DNA of 64,000 bases. Origin: Lama guanicoe (taxonomy: Eukaryota). The notes under the pieces were generated by a model. It saw only the letters and a program-made list of their open reading frames with translations. It was not told the origin of the DNA and searched no databases. Below, piece by piece: positions 34,901-47,200 of this stretch. The position numbers and the translations under genes were made by a program. Position 1 is the first letter of the stretch. Every line of letters begins with the position of its first letter. The DNA lies in assembly GCA_013239625.1 (NCBI GenBank), contig MU053754.1, positions 865,379 through 929,378 of the forward strand. Direction: 5' to 3'.

Positions 34901-37635
34901 GCAGCATACCTACTTCTTTTTTCACCACACCTACCTCCCAGTTTGCATGGCAGTTTTACTTTAATAAGTAGAACCACATGTCTTCTTCATAGCTGTCTCT
35001 TTGAAAATAAACTTAATGTATCCGCTGCTCCATGCTAGACATTTTGCAAAACACTGCTACTTAAGAATAAGAAAATTGATCACAGTCAGACATGACTATA
35101 TTATTATACTCTGATGTAATTAATGAAAAGGTAATAAAACATAAAACAGTATATTGTACATACAAGAAAATGATAATTACTGTACTCAAGGATTGTAGAG
35201 CAGGGTATGTTTAAGTTGCATAATTATTTGAGTGAAACTCAGGTGATGTAAAATGTCTTGGGAATCACGTCTTTGAAGTTTCTTCAAGAATCAAGACATA
35301 GTCCTTTAAACATTTTAAAAACAAATCTTAAAAAGATGATTTTGGAATTCTGAAAAAGGTTGTAAGTTATCTGAAGACTATATCATTAGGAGAAAAAAGT
35401 AGGAAACATTATCCTCAAAAGTAAAATTTTAATATCAAAGAAGTAGAGCTATGGTCATGAGTGATCATTAGTCATAAGATCGTGGTGCGCGCTAATCACA
35501 GTGCTGCATAGTTTGCAGAGCTGAACTTTGTGGGTAATGAATGGTGTCTGTTAGGAGCCCACCTAGAATCAAGGACTCCTGGGAAGTCAGAACTAGAAGG
35601 CCCACGGACGTTGTCCTGCTCAAGTCCCTTGTTTCAAATGAGGAAACAAGGCCAGAGAAGTTAAATGGCCTTACAGAGGCCCGGATTACCCCACGGGCCA
35701 TTCTGAGGAGGAATAAAACCACAGTCGCTGAATTCAGTCCTTCATGGAAACATGGAGAAGCCAAAGGATATTTTGGTAGCAGTGTCTCCTTTGTGAGGTG
35801 ACAACTCATGAGAAAATCACGCCGAAGAAATGGATGAATGGATGTGGTCGATCGTAAACCAAAACTTAGAAACACTCCAAAAAATATCATAAATAAAGTG
35901 ATGTGAGAAAAAAATTGCAGAAACACTTAATCTACTGAACCACGAATTTTGAGAGAAGGGATCGTAGTTTTTGCATCTCTGCACTTCAGGTCCTGGGCGA
36001 AAGCACCCCACCCATAGAAAGTTCTTAAAGCTGTTGTTGAAAAAATGCTTAACAGTTTCACAAGGGGTCCATGAAACAATGAGATGAGTTGCATCAGAGT
36101 TACCCTTCATCGAAGGAGACCTGGCATCAGGCAGGTGCACAGTAAAATGTGTGTTTTCAGCTGGAGTATTTGCACCGCCAGGACTGATTTTAAATCCCAG
36201 CTAAGTCCTGCATATCAATGTGGACTGTGCTATAAAAGCGACTTCTCTTCAACGTCATGTAACTTACGATTGGGAAAGTCATCTTCGACCAAGATAAGTG
36301 AAGTGAAGAGAGAAGTCATGGGGTTCGTGGGTGAGGCTGAAACACTTGGGAACCTTTTTGCCCCTGCCGTCTCTGTGGGGTACAGCTCCCTCTCGACCTT
36401 GAACCTCTTTGTTCTCATGGAAGGTCACTGTCCAAGCTCAGGGCACCCTGAAGGGTCTGTTGGGTGTCGGTGGCAGTGGCAGCGTGGCTGCAGTCAGCTG
36501 ATTGCCCGGGACACATGCGAGGTGCCCCGGATGCCCTTGGGGCCCCCGCAGTGGTTCACATTAGCCACCAGAGAATTGAGTTTCCCTTTCCTTGCAGTAG
36601 CTTTCATCTGTTTTCAATAAGAGGAAACAGACACAGGTTTGTCTTTTGCAGTCCATAAATCTCACCGAGAACGCATTCTTTCTTTCTTTTCTTTTCTTTT
36701 TGGCCTCCCTAGGAAGGGCTGCCAGGCATCCAGGACCTTGCTCTGGAGGCGTAACCTCTGAGCCACGCTCAGTCCACAGAGAGACCCAAGCAGTGCACCT
36801 GTTTAAACCATCTGCAGAGCCAAAACAGAATACTTTCTTTTTTTTTTTTTTACAGTTCGTTTAAACTAACGGAATTCGCATGGTTGGAGCCAAATTCTGC
36901 AGTCAGGGTATCTGTGCGGACATAGCTGGGTCTACCCGCAACTAATGTGCACGGTTAGTGCTAACACACGTTTGTACGCGGAAGTGCTTTAGAAATCCTC
37001 TGTCGATGAGCTCATGTCAGAAATGAAGAAACCAAAGCATCTGATCAGATAGAGTGACCTGTGTTTTACAAGGTCACTGAAATACGGCAGACACAACTAA
37101 ACCGTCTTTACAAATGCTCAACTCGATTCTCATCTGTTAAATCTGTCCATATTAGCTAAATCCTAAATAGACAGTTTGTTTCAAGGATCTTTTTAACAAA
37201 AAAAAAATCGTGCCTACAGTTGAAAATCGTACAGTGATGATCTGCTGTTGTGTAACTGTTGTTTGACTAACCTTCCTAACCTTTTCATTTGTAAAGTCAG
37301 ACACTTAAATGCTAAGTTGGACAAATTAGCTACTAGGATTACTCTGTCCTGCATGCTCACCACCTGGGATGCATGTATATGGTTACCTTTAGTCTGAAAG
37401 AAGAAATAAAGTCTTTGGTGACATCCCACATGTTGAGCAAACTCTTCTCTTCCATTACCTGTTTCGTCTTACCTAATGTAATTAATGCCTATTCTTGACA
37501 TTTTCCTGCCCTTCCACTAGTTTTCTGCTTGAGGAAGGATTGAAAGTATGCTTCAGATCTCAAGCATTATGAGCAGAACGAATCAGTCATGACTGAATTT
37601 CATGTCAGAAATAGGGCTTCATTATGCCTGAAAAG

Positions 37636-37683
37636 TATGCCCTTATGGGAAGCAAGGCATATGCCCTTATGGGAAGCGAGGCA
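37636..37683. repeat. Tandem duplication, 2 x 24 bp
   Basis: TATGCCCTTATGGGAAGC(A/G)AGGCA twice. Confidence 0.9.
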
Positions 37684-38697
37684 TCTTGACTGATGAACAT
37701 GGATGTGTCAAGTCTCAACTATTAGTCGAGATTCTGCTATAGTCTTGCCCTGATTTCTGTGATACTTTGATACTATGATCACAGAAATCAACATCTGCTT
37801 TTAAAAAGTGACATTATCGTATTTAATAATATTGCTTCCTAAATGATAGTCTGTGTAAAGAGCTGTTTATATAGAAACGTAAGGGTTTAATAGGACTGAT
37901 AAAAACTAATATTAATGAATTTCCCAAGATTAAATCAGCCAGTTAAATTACATGGCTGCTTGTGAATTTAGAGCAATTCCGAAAGGTACATTGTGTATTA
38001 TGTGGTTGCTCTGTCTAGTTTTTAAGAGGAGACATTTGAAACTAAATTTCCATCACTACTAAATTTTAGGAGCTATTAAGGAGGGATGTGAAAATGGGTA
38101 AGAATAGATTATCTTCTCATTTGAATTATCATTTCTTTATACGATTCAGTATACGAAATGTAATTCCTGAGACTCTAATCAAAACATTTGGAAGGAGGTG
38201 GGGGCCCTGGAGCACAGAAATGATGAAATAACATTAAAAAAAAAACTAGAATAGATGTAGGACAAAATTGAACTGTTTTTGAAAAGCAGCAGTGAATGGG
38301 GCTTAAGTGTTGAGGAGGATTGGGAAGTGACCACCAGGAAGCAAGCACTGAGTTAATGGTTCAGGAACTGACAGACGTACACATGTAAATTTCAGAAGTG
38401 TTTCCAAAGATGGTTAAGGAATCAAGCTATGATAAAGGTAGCATCTTCATCCGTGGAAATGGGTCACATTGCCTGGTAAACGGGACTGAAACAGCTGGCT
38501 GTTGTGAAAACAAAGTTATGTCTTAACTCACAATCTACAGCGCAATATCCAGATGGAGTAAAGATTCAAGAATAAAAATAAGAGAAATGCTGAAACAGAA
38601 ATATAGTTTTTAAAAATCAGGGGCTAAGGTAGTCTTTCTAAGACTTGCACAGTGATTAAAACAGTAGATTTATCTATTTTAAACTGCTGGTGTATCC

Positions 38698-38956
38698 CAG
38701 GGGCCGGAAAGCTGGACTGGTGCACCACTTCTAACCTGGGAGTGCATTTGGTGTGGCTCAGTCTAAGAGTGGTTTTCATATGTTCAAAGGGTTATTTTAA
38801 AAAAAAAGAAAGAAAACAAGAAAGGACCAAAGGAGGAAAAACAGAAAAAAGAGGAAAATGAAACAAAACAGAGAATGTGCAACACAGACTGTAGGTAACC
38901 GACAAACCATAAAGTACTCACTGTCTGGACTTTACAGAAAATTCTGTGTCCTGCCT
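38698..38956. mobile_element. hAT-Charlie MITE (MER58-like)
   Basis: CAGGGG..CTAAGAGTGGTTTTCATAT..AGAATGTGCAACACAGAC..ACTGTCTGGACTTTACAGAAAA. Confidence 0.6.
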
Positions 38957-40782
38957 GTGTCCTGCCTATTTATCCTGTGTTCACACCAGATAAATAAAAA
39001 TGTTAACATCACCAGAAACAGTAAGAGTCAAATGAAAATTGGAGTGAGAAGGATTTGAAACGTATGTGTCAAAAACTTACCCTCCTCAATACAACAGTGC
39101 AAGGCTACACCAAAAAAACCCCCAAAAAACAGTTTCATATGATTTTCTTTTGGTATTGGAAGCCTTTGAAAATGTTTAACTTTTTAATATAACTCCTAAT
39201 AATCAACTTTCTGCATGGTTTTTATTAATCTTTACTTACAATTTATTGTATTTCCTCATATAAGGAAAAAAAAAAAGACTTTGCTACAATCAGTAGCCAC
39301 AAGCTGATCACTGAAAGCTACTTGCCTGAAGTGTAAGGTTGTAACATCCTGGGGTCACATGGATCAAAAGTAGGTGGTCTCCTTCCATTCTTAACTGTGG
39401 AGCCAGTGGTTTCGGTGTCCTGGAGGCAGCAAGGTGGGACTGACTGCCCAAGGACCACAAAGTGGCCGTGAGGAGAGGGACGCTTCACTTTTGTCCTGCC
39501 ATGGCTTCAGTTAAAAGGAATGACAGAAGTGGATGCTCGGGGAAAAGGCAGATGGGAGATGCGTCCTGGAGACCCCCTACGGCTACATGATGTCCCTTTT
39601 GTCCAGGCGAATAGGCAGTGAATTCAGGGTATTATTCAGAGTACGCATTCATGCATCTACTCACATCTACTGTGCACCTGCCCAGTTAGAAGACATTTTC
39701 CGTCCAGAGACAATTGAAAGTAGAAGCCACACTCCACTTTCTCACACGCAGGGGTCCCGTTGGTCCTCCATCACAGCAAACCACATCTTGTTCTGCGGCT
39801 GTCCCCTGGTGGCCCCTCACGTCTGCGGCAGTCAGACCAGTTCACCCCTTGCATCAAGCCGTGTGTGCGTCCTCAGGTTTGGGGGGATGGGTGCAAAATA
39901 GATAAAAGTAGTTTTAAAATACTAAAATCAGTTATTAATCCATTTTTAACTGGATTTTCCTTTTCTTGCCTCACTTCTTTGTGTATTGGGTTTACATACT
40001 GAAGTACATACAAAAAACTTAAACTGTCCCATCTTACTTGAGAAATTGAAGCAGTATATTATACTGGTAGAAATTCTGTTAATAATTAACTAATGCATAT
40101 TAATAATGAAAATGCACATATGCGCGTCAACATGTGCCCTATTTCAGAGGAGTCACCCAGAAAATACATACTTAAGCCTTCCTCAAGGGAAAGATCATTT
40201 AATTTCATTTATTTGTGGATTGTGTGGATTTTTTTGTTGTTGTTGTTGCTCCTTTCTCGTTTTTAAAAAAAAAGCTTCTGAAGTATAAAGATGTGGCCTG
40301 AAAGACAGCACTTGAAATGGAGGCGTTGTTCGATGCTTATTTGATTGGACTTCCACGAAGCCATTTGGCCTGAATGATGCAAGTGTAGACCTTCGTTTGA
40401 TTACGGTCTCGTTAACGCAACATTGATTTCTAAAGCACAGAAGGCCTGTCTCCTGCTTTCCTTTGGAAAATACAGAATCCAGTGCTGGGGCTTATTTACT
40501 GACAAGCCAGGGTACCGAGGGGAATTTCTGACCCGGGTCATACCAGCTAGTGGAGGTCCGGAGGGCAATTAGGTCAAACCCTGTTTTAATTAACCTGAAC
40601 TCATTTCAGCATCACTCCAGATTTTCACTAATTGCTGTCTTCCTCAATTGACTTGTGGGCTCTGCTGCTGCTCCAACATTCAACATAACCTTCTCATTGT
40701 TATTTCTTGATTATATTTCAAAAATGCAGGCTTCCTGCTTTAAAAGTAAATCTCATTCTTTTTAAGGACTACCAGTTAGCGT

Positions 40783-40807
40783 ACACACACACACACACAC
40801 ACACACA
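40783..40807. repeat. (AC)n microsatellite
   Basis: Direct reading. Confidence 0.95.
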
Positions 40808-40980
40808 GAAGGTAATGATTAATCTGGAAATTTTAATGTTTTCCAGTTGCTGAGCGATAAAAGTCTTATAAACACAGCACAAAAAGGCATGTTGTTCATG
40901 TTGGTTGAAGAAGACAGTTGAAGTGGAAATACCTTATAAACTAACAGAGCCATGCAAAGATGTGTTATTAGAATAGAATA

Positions 40981-41195
40981 GAGATTTGCCAATAGTAACC
41001 CCTATGTATAAAATAAAAAACAACTTTCTTCTGTAGAGCACAGGGAACTGTATTCCATATCTTGTAATAACCCATAGTGAAAAAGAATATGAAAAGGAAT
41101 ATGTGTATGTATATGCATGACTGAAACATGATGCTGTACACCAGAAATTCATACATCGTAACTGACTATACTTCAAAAAAAAAAAAAACAACAAA
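40981..41195 (+). mobile_element. 5'-truncated L1 3' end with poly(A)
   Basis: ..GCACAGGGAACTGTATTCCATATCTTGTAATAACC..GCTGTACACCAGAAA..ACTGACTATACTTC plus an A tail. Confidence 0.9.
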
Positions 41196-42329
41196 TAGAT
41201 TTGATTTTTGCAAAGGATATATTGTGAGATCTTTACAGATTTCCAAATTAATGAACACCACGAGAGTGTATACTTGAACTCACAAAGTCGGTGAGGAGAG
41301 GGTAATGTTAGTGTCTTTTGTCACTATCTGGACAGTAGAGATGGATTAAAGATGCTCCATAAGAAAAAAAAAAACAGCTTTTACAAAAATGATTAGAGAA
41401 CCAAAAAAAAAAAAAAAAAGCATGCCAAACCTGGAGTTCTGTTAGCATCAGTGTAGGAGGCTGTTAACCCAGAATCTGAATCGATGCCTCAGCAGAATTC
41501 ATGCTCACTACTGGTTGTGGAATTTTAAGGTCACTTATTAGCCCATCGTGATATTCGTGTCTGACAGTGGTGTTTGGTGTTTGTGCCGCCTGGAAGGGAG
41601 GCCTGCTCCCCCACGCAGCACAAGTCCAATTACCATCCATACCCTTCCTAGGGCCACTGTAGGGACTGTGAACTTAATAAAGAGTGGAATTCATGGACAC
41701 AGCAAGTCTTTAGGGAATTGAAACCTCACTTCTCCCTGTCCTGAACACGCCTCTGTCCCAGGTCTCCTCTTATGGGAGAGTGTCCAGAAACACAGCATCC
41801 TCCCTTTGAAAAATGGCGATTTGCCAGCAGGCCACTTTCTTCCAGTGTGGTGGTGAAGTGTTGCTGGTCACAAACTCCGAGAACACATCCAACACGGGAG
41901 GACAGGTAGACGTCTTCATGTGCTTCTTAACTGTAAAATCGTTTAATGTTGGTGTGTGTAATAAAAACATTTGCCAATTTCTCAAGGAGATACATGCTGG
42001 GGAGTTTAAGCATATTGTCTAAAAGCATCTAATAAACACCATCATGCAAGCAAGTCCTCACTAAGTCTGCCTGCCTCAATTCTTTACTGAAAATACGTGA
42101 AATGCACATCTTTAACTGGTGGGGAAGATGTTTTCACAGGACAGAAGGAAATGAGCTGCTCATGTCTTAGTGTATTTAGGCTTGTGTGTTTTTCAAATAT
42201 TGGATAATACAAATTTAAACTGTGTCAGTGGTTTAGACGGTTCGCCAGGTCCTGGAAGTAATAACATAGATATCTCTGAAATGGATCCCTTTCTGAAAAT
42301 TCAGTATTGGGGGTTTGTTTTGTTTTATA

Positions 42330-42484
42330 TTTTTAAATTTTTTTTAAATTGAAGTATAGTCAGTTACAGTGTGTCGATTGCTGGTGTACAGCACAATGTC
42401 CCAGTCATGCATATACATACATATATGTGTTTTCATATTCTTTTTCATTGAAGGTTATTGCAAGATACTGAATATAGTTCCCTG
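42330..42484 (-). mobile_element. 5'-truncated L1 3' end
   Basis: TTGAAGTATAGTCAGTTACAGTGTGTC..GAATATAGTTCCCTG. Confidence 0.88.
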
Positions 42485-42639
42485 TTCTTGACCACTTCAG
42501 TTGCCCAAGACCTTTTTGTGTATGTAAATTTTCATCAGTTAATTATCACAGTTCTGCTCTGTGATTCATATTGAGGTTCTATGCGGTATCTTTTGCTTTT
42601 GCTGTCTTCATATCTTCTTTTGGTTTCATTGTATTGAAG

Positions 42640-42725
42640 ATGACTGAAAAATTGTGCTGAACACTGGAATTTGACACAACATTGTAAAATGATTATAAAT
42701 CAATAAAAAATGTTTAAAAAAAAAA
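42640..42725 (+). mobile_element. Very short young L1 3' end with poly(A)
   Basis: Exact reverse complement of the L1 end at ~20503-20577. AATAAA then an A tail. No clear TSD. Confidence 0.8.
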
Positions 42726-44841
42726 GTTGTTTTAGCCCTCTAAGTTACCCCTTAACTCTGCCCGTTAAGAAGATTCAAATCTCTGTTGTTTTAATCTTTA
42801 GGGTCTTCAATTACATACTCAAAAAACGGATAAAAGATTTTTTTAAATGACCTGAATTTTTTTTGTCTCCATCTCCACTGTATTGCCCACAGACTGCGGA
42901 ATGTGAGAAACACACACATTTCAACAACAGTTAAAGTCAGGGCCCTCTGCCGTGAGATGCTCCCTGCTGATGGATGGGTTTGACGGAGCATTCATACATG
43001 TGCCGTCGCGCTGGGTCAGCTCAGAATCACAGGAGAACAGGGACAGCTGTAGGTCGTGTTCATCTGACGGGAAGCTGGGGCAGCGCCTAAGACCGGACAT
43101 CACTTTACAGCCGGAGTGGCACAGAATTTGTCTCCCAAGGCTAACAGTGTGAATTTAGGCAAAGCCTGAGATCTTATTTGAGACGTGTCTGTATGACCCA
43201 AAAGTATGTAGTTGACACCTATGCATTGAGGATTTATAGTAGGTGAAGCCCAGAAATGCAGGAAGTAAGATGTGGAACAGTGACTCAAAACCAATTCAAC
43301 ATTTAATGTGTGTGGCCTTTTAAATAATGAAGTCATTCATTTAATCATTAAGCATGAATGATATTGTTTGGAATTATAAATACACTCGGCCGCTCCAGAG
43401 AGACCAATATCTAGTTCAGGGTGTGAAGAAAACATAATTTGGACATGATCAGAATATTGTTGGTGTGTTTTCTGCATTTAGTTGTGAGAAACAGAGTTGG
43501 AAATGTTTCTGGTAGTTTTTAACGATGAATGGAGCTCTTGCAGTAAGTGCATCGACGGGAGTCTGGGGGAAGGGGACTTTCCCAGGAGGCAGGCTTCTCC
43601 TGCACATGGCTCTTGTTCTTGGAAAGTCCCAGGGCGGCAGGAGGCCCTAATGGAATGGGCGTTTGTCGGGGAGCATTGCTGCAAGTGCTGGATACCATGG
43701 GGAATCCGCTGAATGGTCAGGAGATTGGAATTGACAGACAGACTTAGGGTTAAGATTGTACTGCAAACTTACTTCAGAACAGGTGTGTTTTGTAGCCAGG
43801 GTGGCATGTCTTAAGAGAAGAATCATTGTATATGAAGGACTCTGTGTGGGTTTTATTTTGAAAGAGCAGCTCACTTTGCTCAAGCCAGAGGCCCTTGTGA
43901 GTTTCTCAGGTCTCTTTTCCCAGAAGTGGAGCAGCAGCTGGTCGTTCTCCCTCAAAACTCAAGACCAGCCTGTCATGCTGACAGAAGCAAAATGAAGACA
44001 TGTGCCTGTAAGAACTCACAGGACCTACTGATGGTCACCTTCCGTGGGTGTCATTGTGCACATAGAGGGGTGGTTTCCCATGACGGTGCCAGTTACAGAT
44101 GACAGAAGTAATTGTCCTGCGTGTGTGTGATGCTCAGTAACAGTGTCAGTCAGTAAAGGAGAGGTGGGTGGGCATGAGGGAAGATTCCTAGCCGATTTCC
44201 AGGGGAGAAGTGGTGGGTTCCCGACGAGCATGGCAAGGGAAGGCTTTCTGGAAGGGTGGGAGGGGACCCTGGCTCTGCAGGGTGCGTTTATGAGTTTGTT
44301 CCATGCCGCCTTTCATGTCTGCTAAATCCCTGTCGGTGTGCATGAATTGCTGTGTTCTGCTCCGGTAACCCAGGCTTTCATTTTCCCGGAGTTCATCTTT
44401 CGAAAAGCAAAACCTACCGATACATTGTGCGTCTGCCCCGTGCTTAAAACTGTGCTGCATTTGGGAGCCCTTGCATGCTTCCCACTTTGCAGTCAAAAGT
44501 ATTTCAACGTTGTCTGAATTAAACCCACGTTAGTCTTGCTTTGGTCCAAGAAATAGGATCTTGTGGGTGAGGATATAAACATAAGCTGTCAGTGAATGGC
44601 TCATTCATTTCCCTTAGCAGGTTATCTTTTGAGTGTTTCTGATGGACACACTTTTGCCTGAGGTAGGACTCCTGTTGCAGGAAGGCAAGGACTCCTGGAA
44701 CAGAGGCAGGGAACCCACAGAGAAATGGGAAACTCTTAAGTGAGATGTAAGGCACCAGAGCACATCAGAGATGTGTCTGGGATGGAGGACAGCACACATC
44801 CTCACAGTCTGCAGAACAGAGGTACTGTTTAGTTTCTGTGT

Positions 44842-45075
44842 TGTATTAGTCAGGGTTCTTCAGAAAAACAGAACTAGAGGAAGATAAATATACACACATA
44901 CACACATACACACATATCTACATGCACACGTGTATACGTGTGTATATATATTTGGAGATTCATTGTGAGGAATTAGTTCAGGGGATCTTGGAGGCTGAGG
45001 AGAGCTCTGTTAGCTGCAGGCTCAGGGAAGCCAGTGGTGTACTTCAGTCTGGGTCCAAAGGCCTGAGAACCAGGA
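44842..45075 (-). mobile_element. MLT2-like LTR fragment
   Basis: TGTATTAGTCAGGGTTCTTCAGAAAAACAGAAC..(CA/TA repeat)..GGAGGCTGAG..GGAAGCCAGTGGTGTA..AAGGCCTGAGAACCAGG. Confidence 0.8.
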
Positions 45076-45814
45076 AAGCTTGTAGTGAGACAGTCACCAC
45101 TGAAGCACCAAGAAAGATGCCTGGGGAAGGCGTTTCCGCGAGGGAGCTGGTGAGTCTTGTACCTGGCTGTGGATGACTGATTCGACCGGGAGAGACTGAA
45201 TGCCGGACCAGTGCAGGAGTGAAGTTTTGAGCCTGGCTGCCTGGGGAATTTCTGTGTCCTCTCCAGAAACAAAGTCGTGTGGGAGGGAAATAGGAGGAGG
45301 GAGAAGTCACCCACTGACTTAGGGAAGGGACAGGACGCCCCAGCAGAGGGGACTCTTGTGGCTTCATAAGTAATTTTGAAAAGGTGTCTGATGCAATAAC
45401 ACAAAATTTTGTAACCTCTGAACAATGAGTAGCCAAGGTTGGGACTCTGAGCTCGAGCGCTTCACAGGGAGGAGCTGGTGCTGGACTGGCACAGGGGGTA
45501 AAGGCAGCTGGGGTCTCCGGGAGACTGAGGAACAGGGTCCACAGGAGTTTCAGGGGCTCTGCATGGTCCCCAATTACAGCGCAGCAGAGCAGGGAGGTGC
45601 CCAACGGAGGCGGCGGTCTAGCCACGGGGGTGACACTGGTGCATCCCTAGGGCTTTGAGAAGTCACAGCTGTGAGTCCAGTTGGAGACCCAGAGAAGGGG
45701 GTTTCCATACCGTGGTGAGGACGGACGCCGATTAAACAGAGCTTTACGGAGAGAGAAGCGAAGAGGGATGTCTTAAATGTTCCAAAAGCGCGGTGATGGA
45801 GAATCAGGGTGCCC

Positions 45815-46005
45815 CGGGGGTTCTCAGCCTCGGCGCTGCTGACGCTGGCGCTGGATGAGTCTTCGGTGGGCGGCGTCCTGTGCCCTGAAGAATGGTGAAC
45901 AGCGTCCCTGGTCTCCACCCACCCGATGCCAGTTCCACCCCCTCCCCTAGTGGAGCACTGTCACACGTCCCCTGGGGGTGCAGTCAGGATGGCTGAGAAC
46001 CACTG
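45815..46005 (-). mobile_element. MER20 (hAT-Charlie) DNA transposon relic
   Basis: Terminal inverted repeats GGTTCTCAGCC / GGCTGAGAACCACTG. Internal GTCCTGTGC..AGCGTCCCTGGTCTCCACCCAC..GATGCCAGT..TCCCCTGGGGG. Confidence 0.8.
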
Positions 46006-46749
46006 ATTTGGAGTCCAGTTTTAGCTTGTGAGGGAGAGAAGACTGGAATGGAAAACAAGAAAGAAGAAAACATTTGCATCTATTTCTACTTTGTAAAACT
46101 GTCAAACTCCAGCCACCAGCATCAGTACACTCAAAAACACCATCCCCATGGTGTCTGTTGGATGCATTTGTGGACAGGAAATGTATGTCCTTTCAACCAA
46201 GCTAAAGTTTCACAAGGACTCATTCCCTCTCAAAGTGGGAAGAATTATTCTATTTTTGCAGGCCCAGATCCCAGGCAGACCTGGACCACACACAGAGCCA
46301 CAAGTGCCCAGGAAAACGTATTTTTCGTTCACGTGAGGTGGCACTGTTTGCAGGAGGGTGCAGCTGTCTATAACAGATGCCAGAGAAACAGAATCAGGGT
46401 GGCAGCACTGCTCTGAGGGCCAGTGGAGCAAGGAGGCCTTTTCCAGGGTAACCATCGCCCACCTGCTTTTTTGTTTCTTCAGTTGTTTGCCTAATAATTG
46501 CTCAATTATCCTTGGTCCCATCCCTGCTCATGAGTCTTGTGAATGTGTGACATGCCATGATCCAGATGCAGCCGAGAATGCCACGTGCCAGGACGTTCTG
46601 AGCCAAGGCATTCTGAGAAAGAGGGTAGTTTCCAGAAGCTTCACAGACTCTTCCAGAACAGGGCACTCCCTGGTAGTACAGTGTTGCTTCAAGGCTCTTA
46701 ACACGGCTACCTTACTGTGCCCCCTGGTATGGGGTGATGAGAAGGGTGG

Positions 46750-47200
46750 TTGCCCTCTGTGATGCTCCTCCCCATGACCCATAACTCCGATGCTTCCAAA
46801 ACATCCTTCAGGCCCAAATTGAGGGACATTCTGCAGAATGCCTGAGCAGGACTCCTGAGCTGTCAAGGTCATGAAGAACAGGGAAAGACAAAGAAACTGC
46901 CACATGTCAGAGGAGGTTGAGACGTGATGAGTGACCAGTGCGATGTGGGATTCTACCTGGAATCCTGGAACAAGAAAGAGGATGTGCTTGGAGCAACCAG
47001 GAAATCCCAGTAGAGTCTGGAGTTTAACCAATAGTTCCACAGCAACTGAATTCGGTTCTCAGCGGTGACAAACTCGAGGTGATGTAAGATGTGAACATTA
47101 GGGGAAACTGGGTCAGGGACACAGGGGAACTCTCTCTGTGAGTACCTTCCCAGCCTTTCAGTGGGTCCAGAATATCAAACATGAGAAGTGTATATAAAGA
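46750..47200 (+). mobile_element. L1MC3/4-like 3' UTR
   Basis: CCCAAATTGAGGGACATTCT..TGTCAAGGTCATGAA..ATGTAAGATGTGAACATTAGGGGAAACTGGGT..GGAACTCTCT. Confidence 0.75.

Noticed and set aside
41762..41905. Candidate + strand coding exon (CCCAG|..CAG|GTAGAC, one open frame)
   Set aside because: The donor is weak and the peptide is unrecognisable, with no supporting neighbouring exons.
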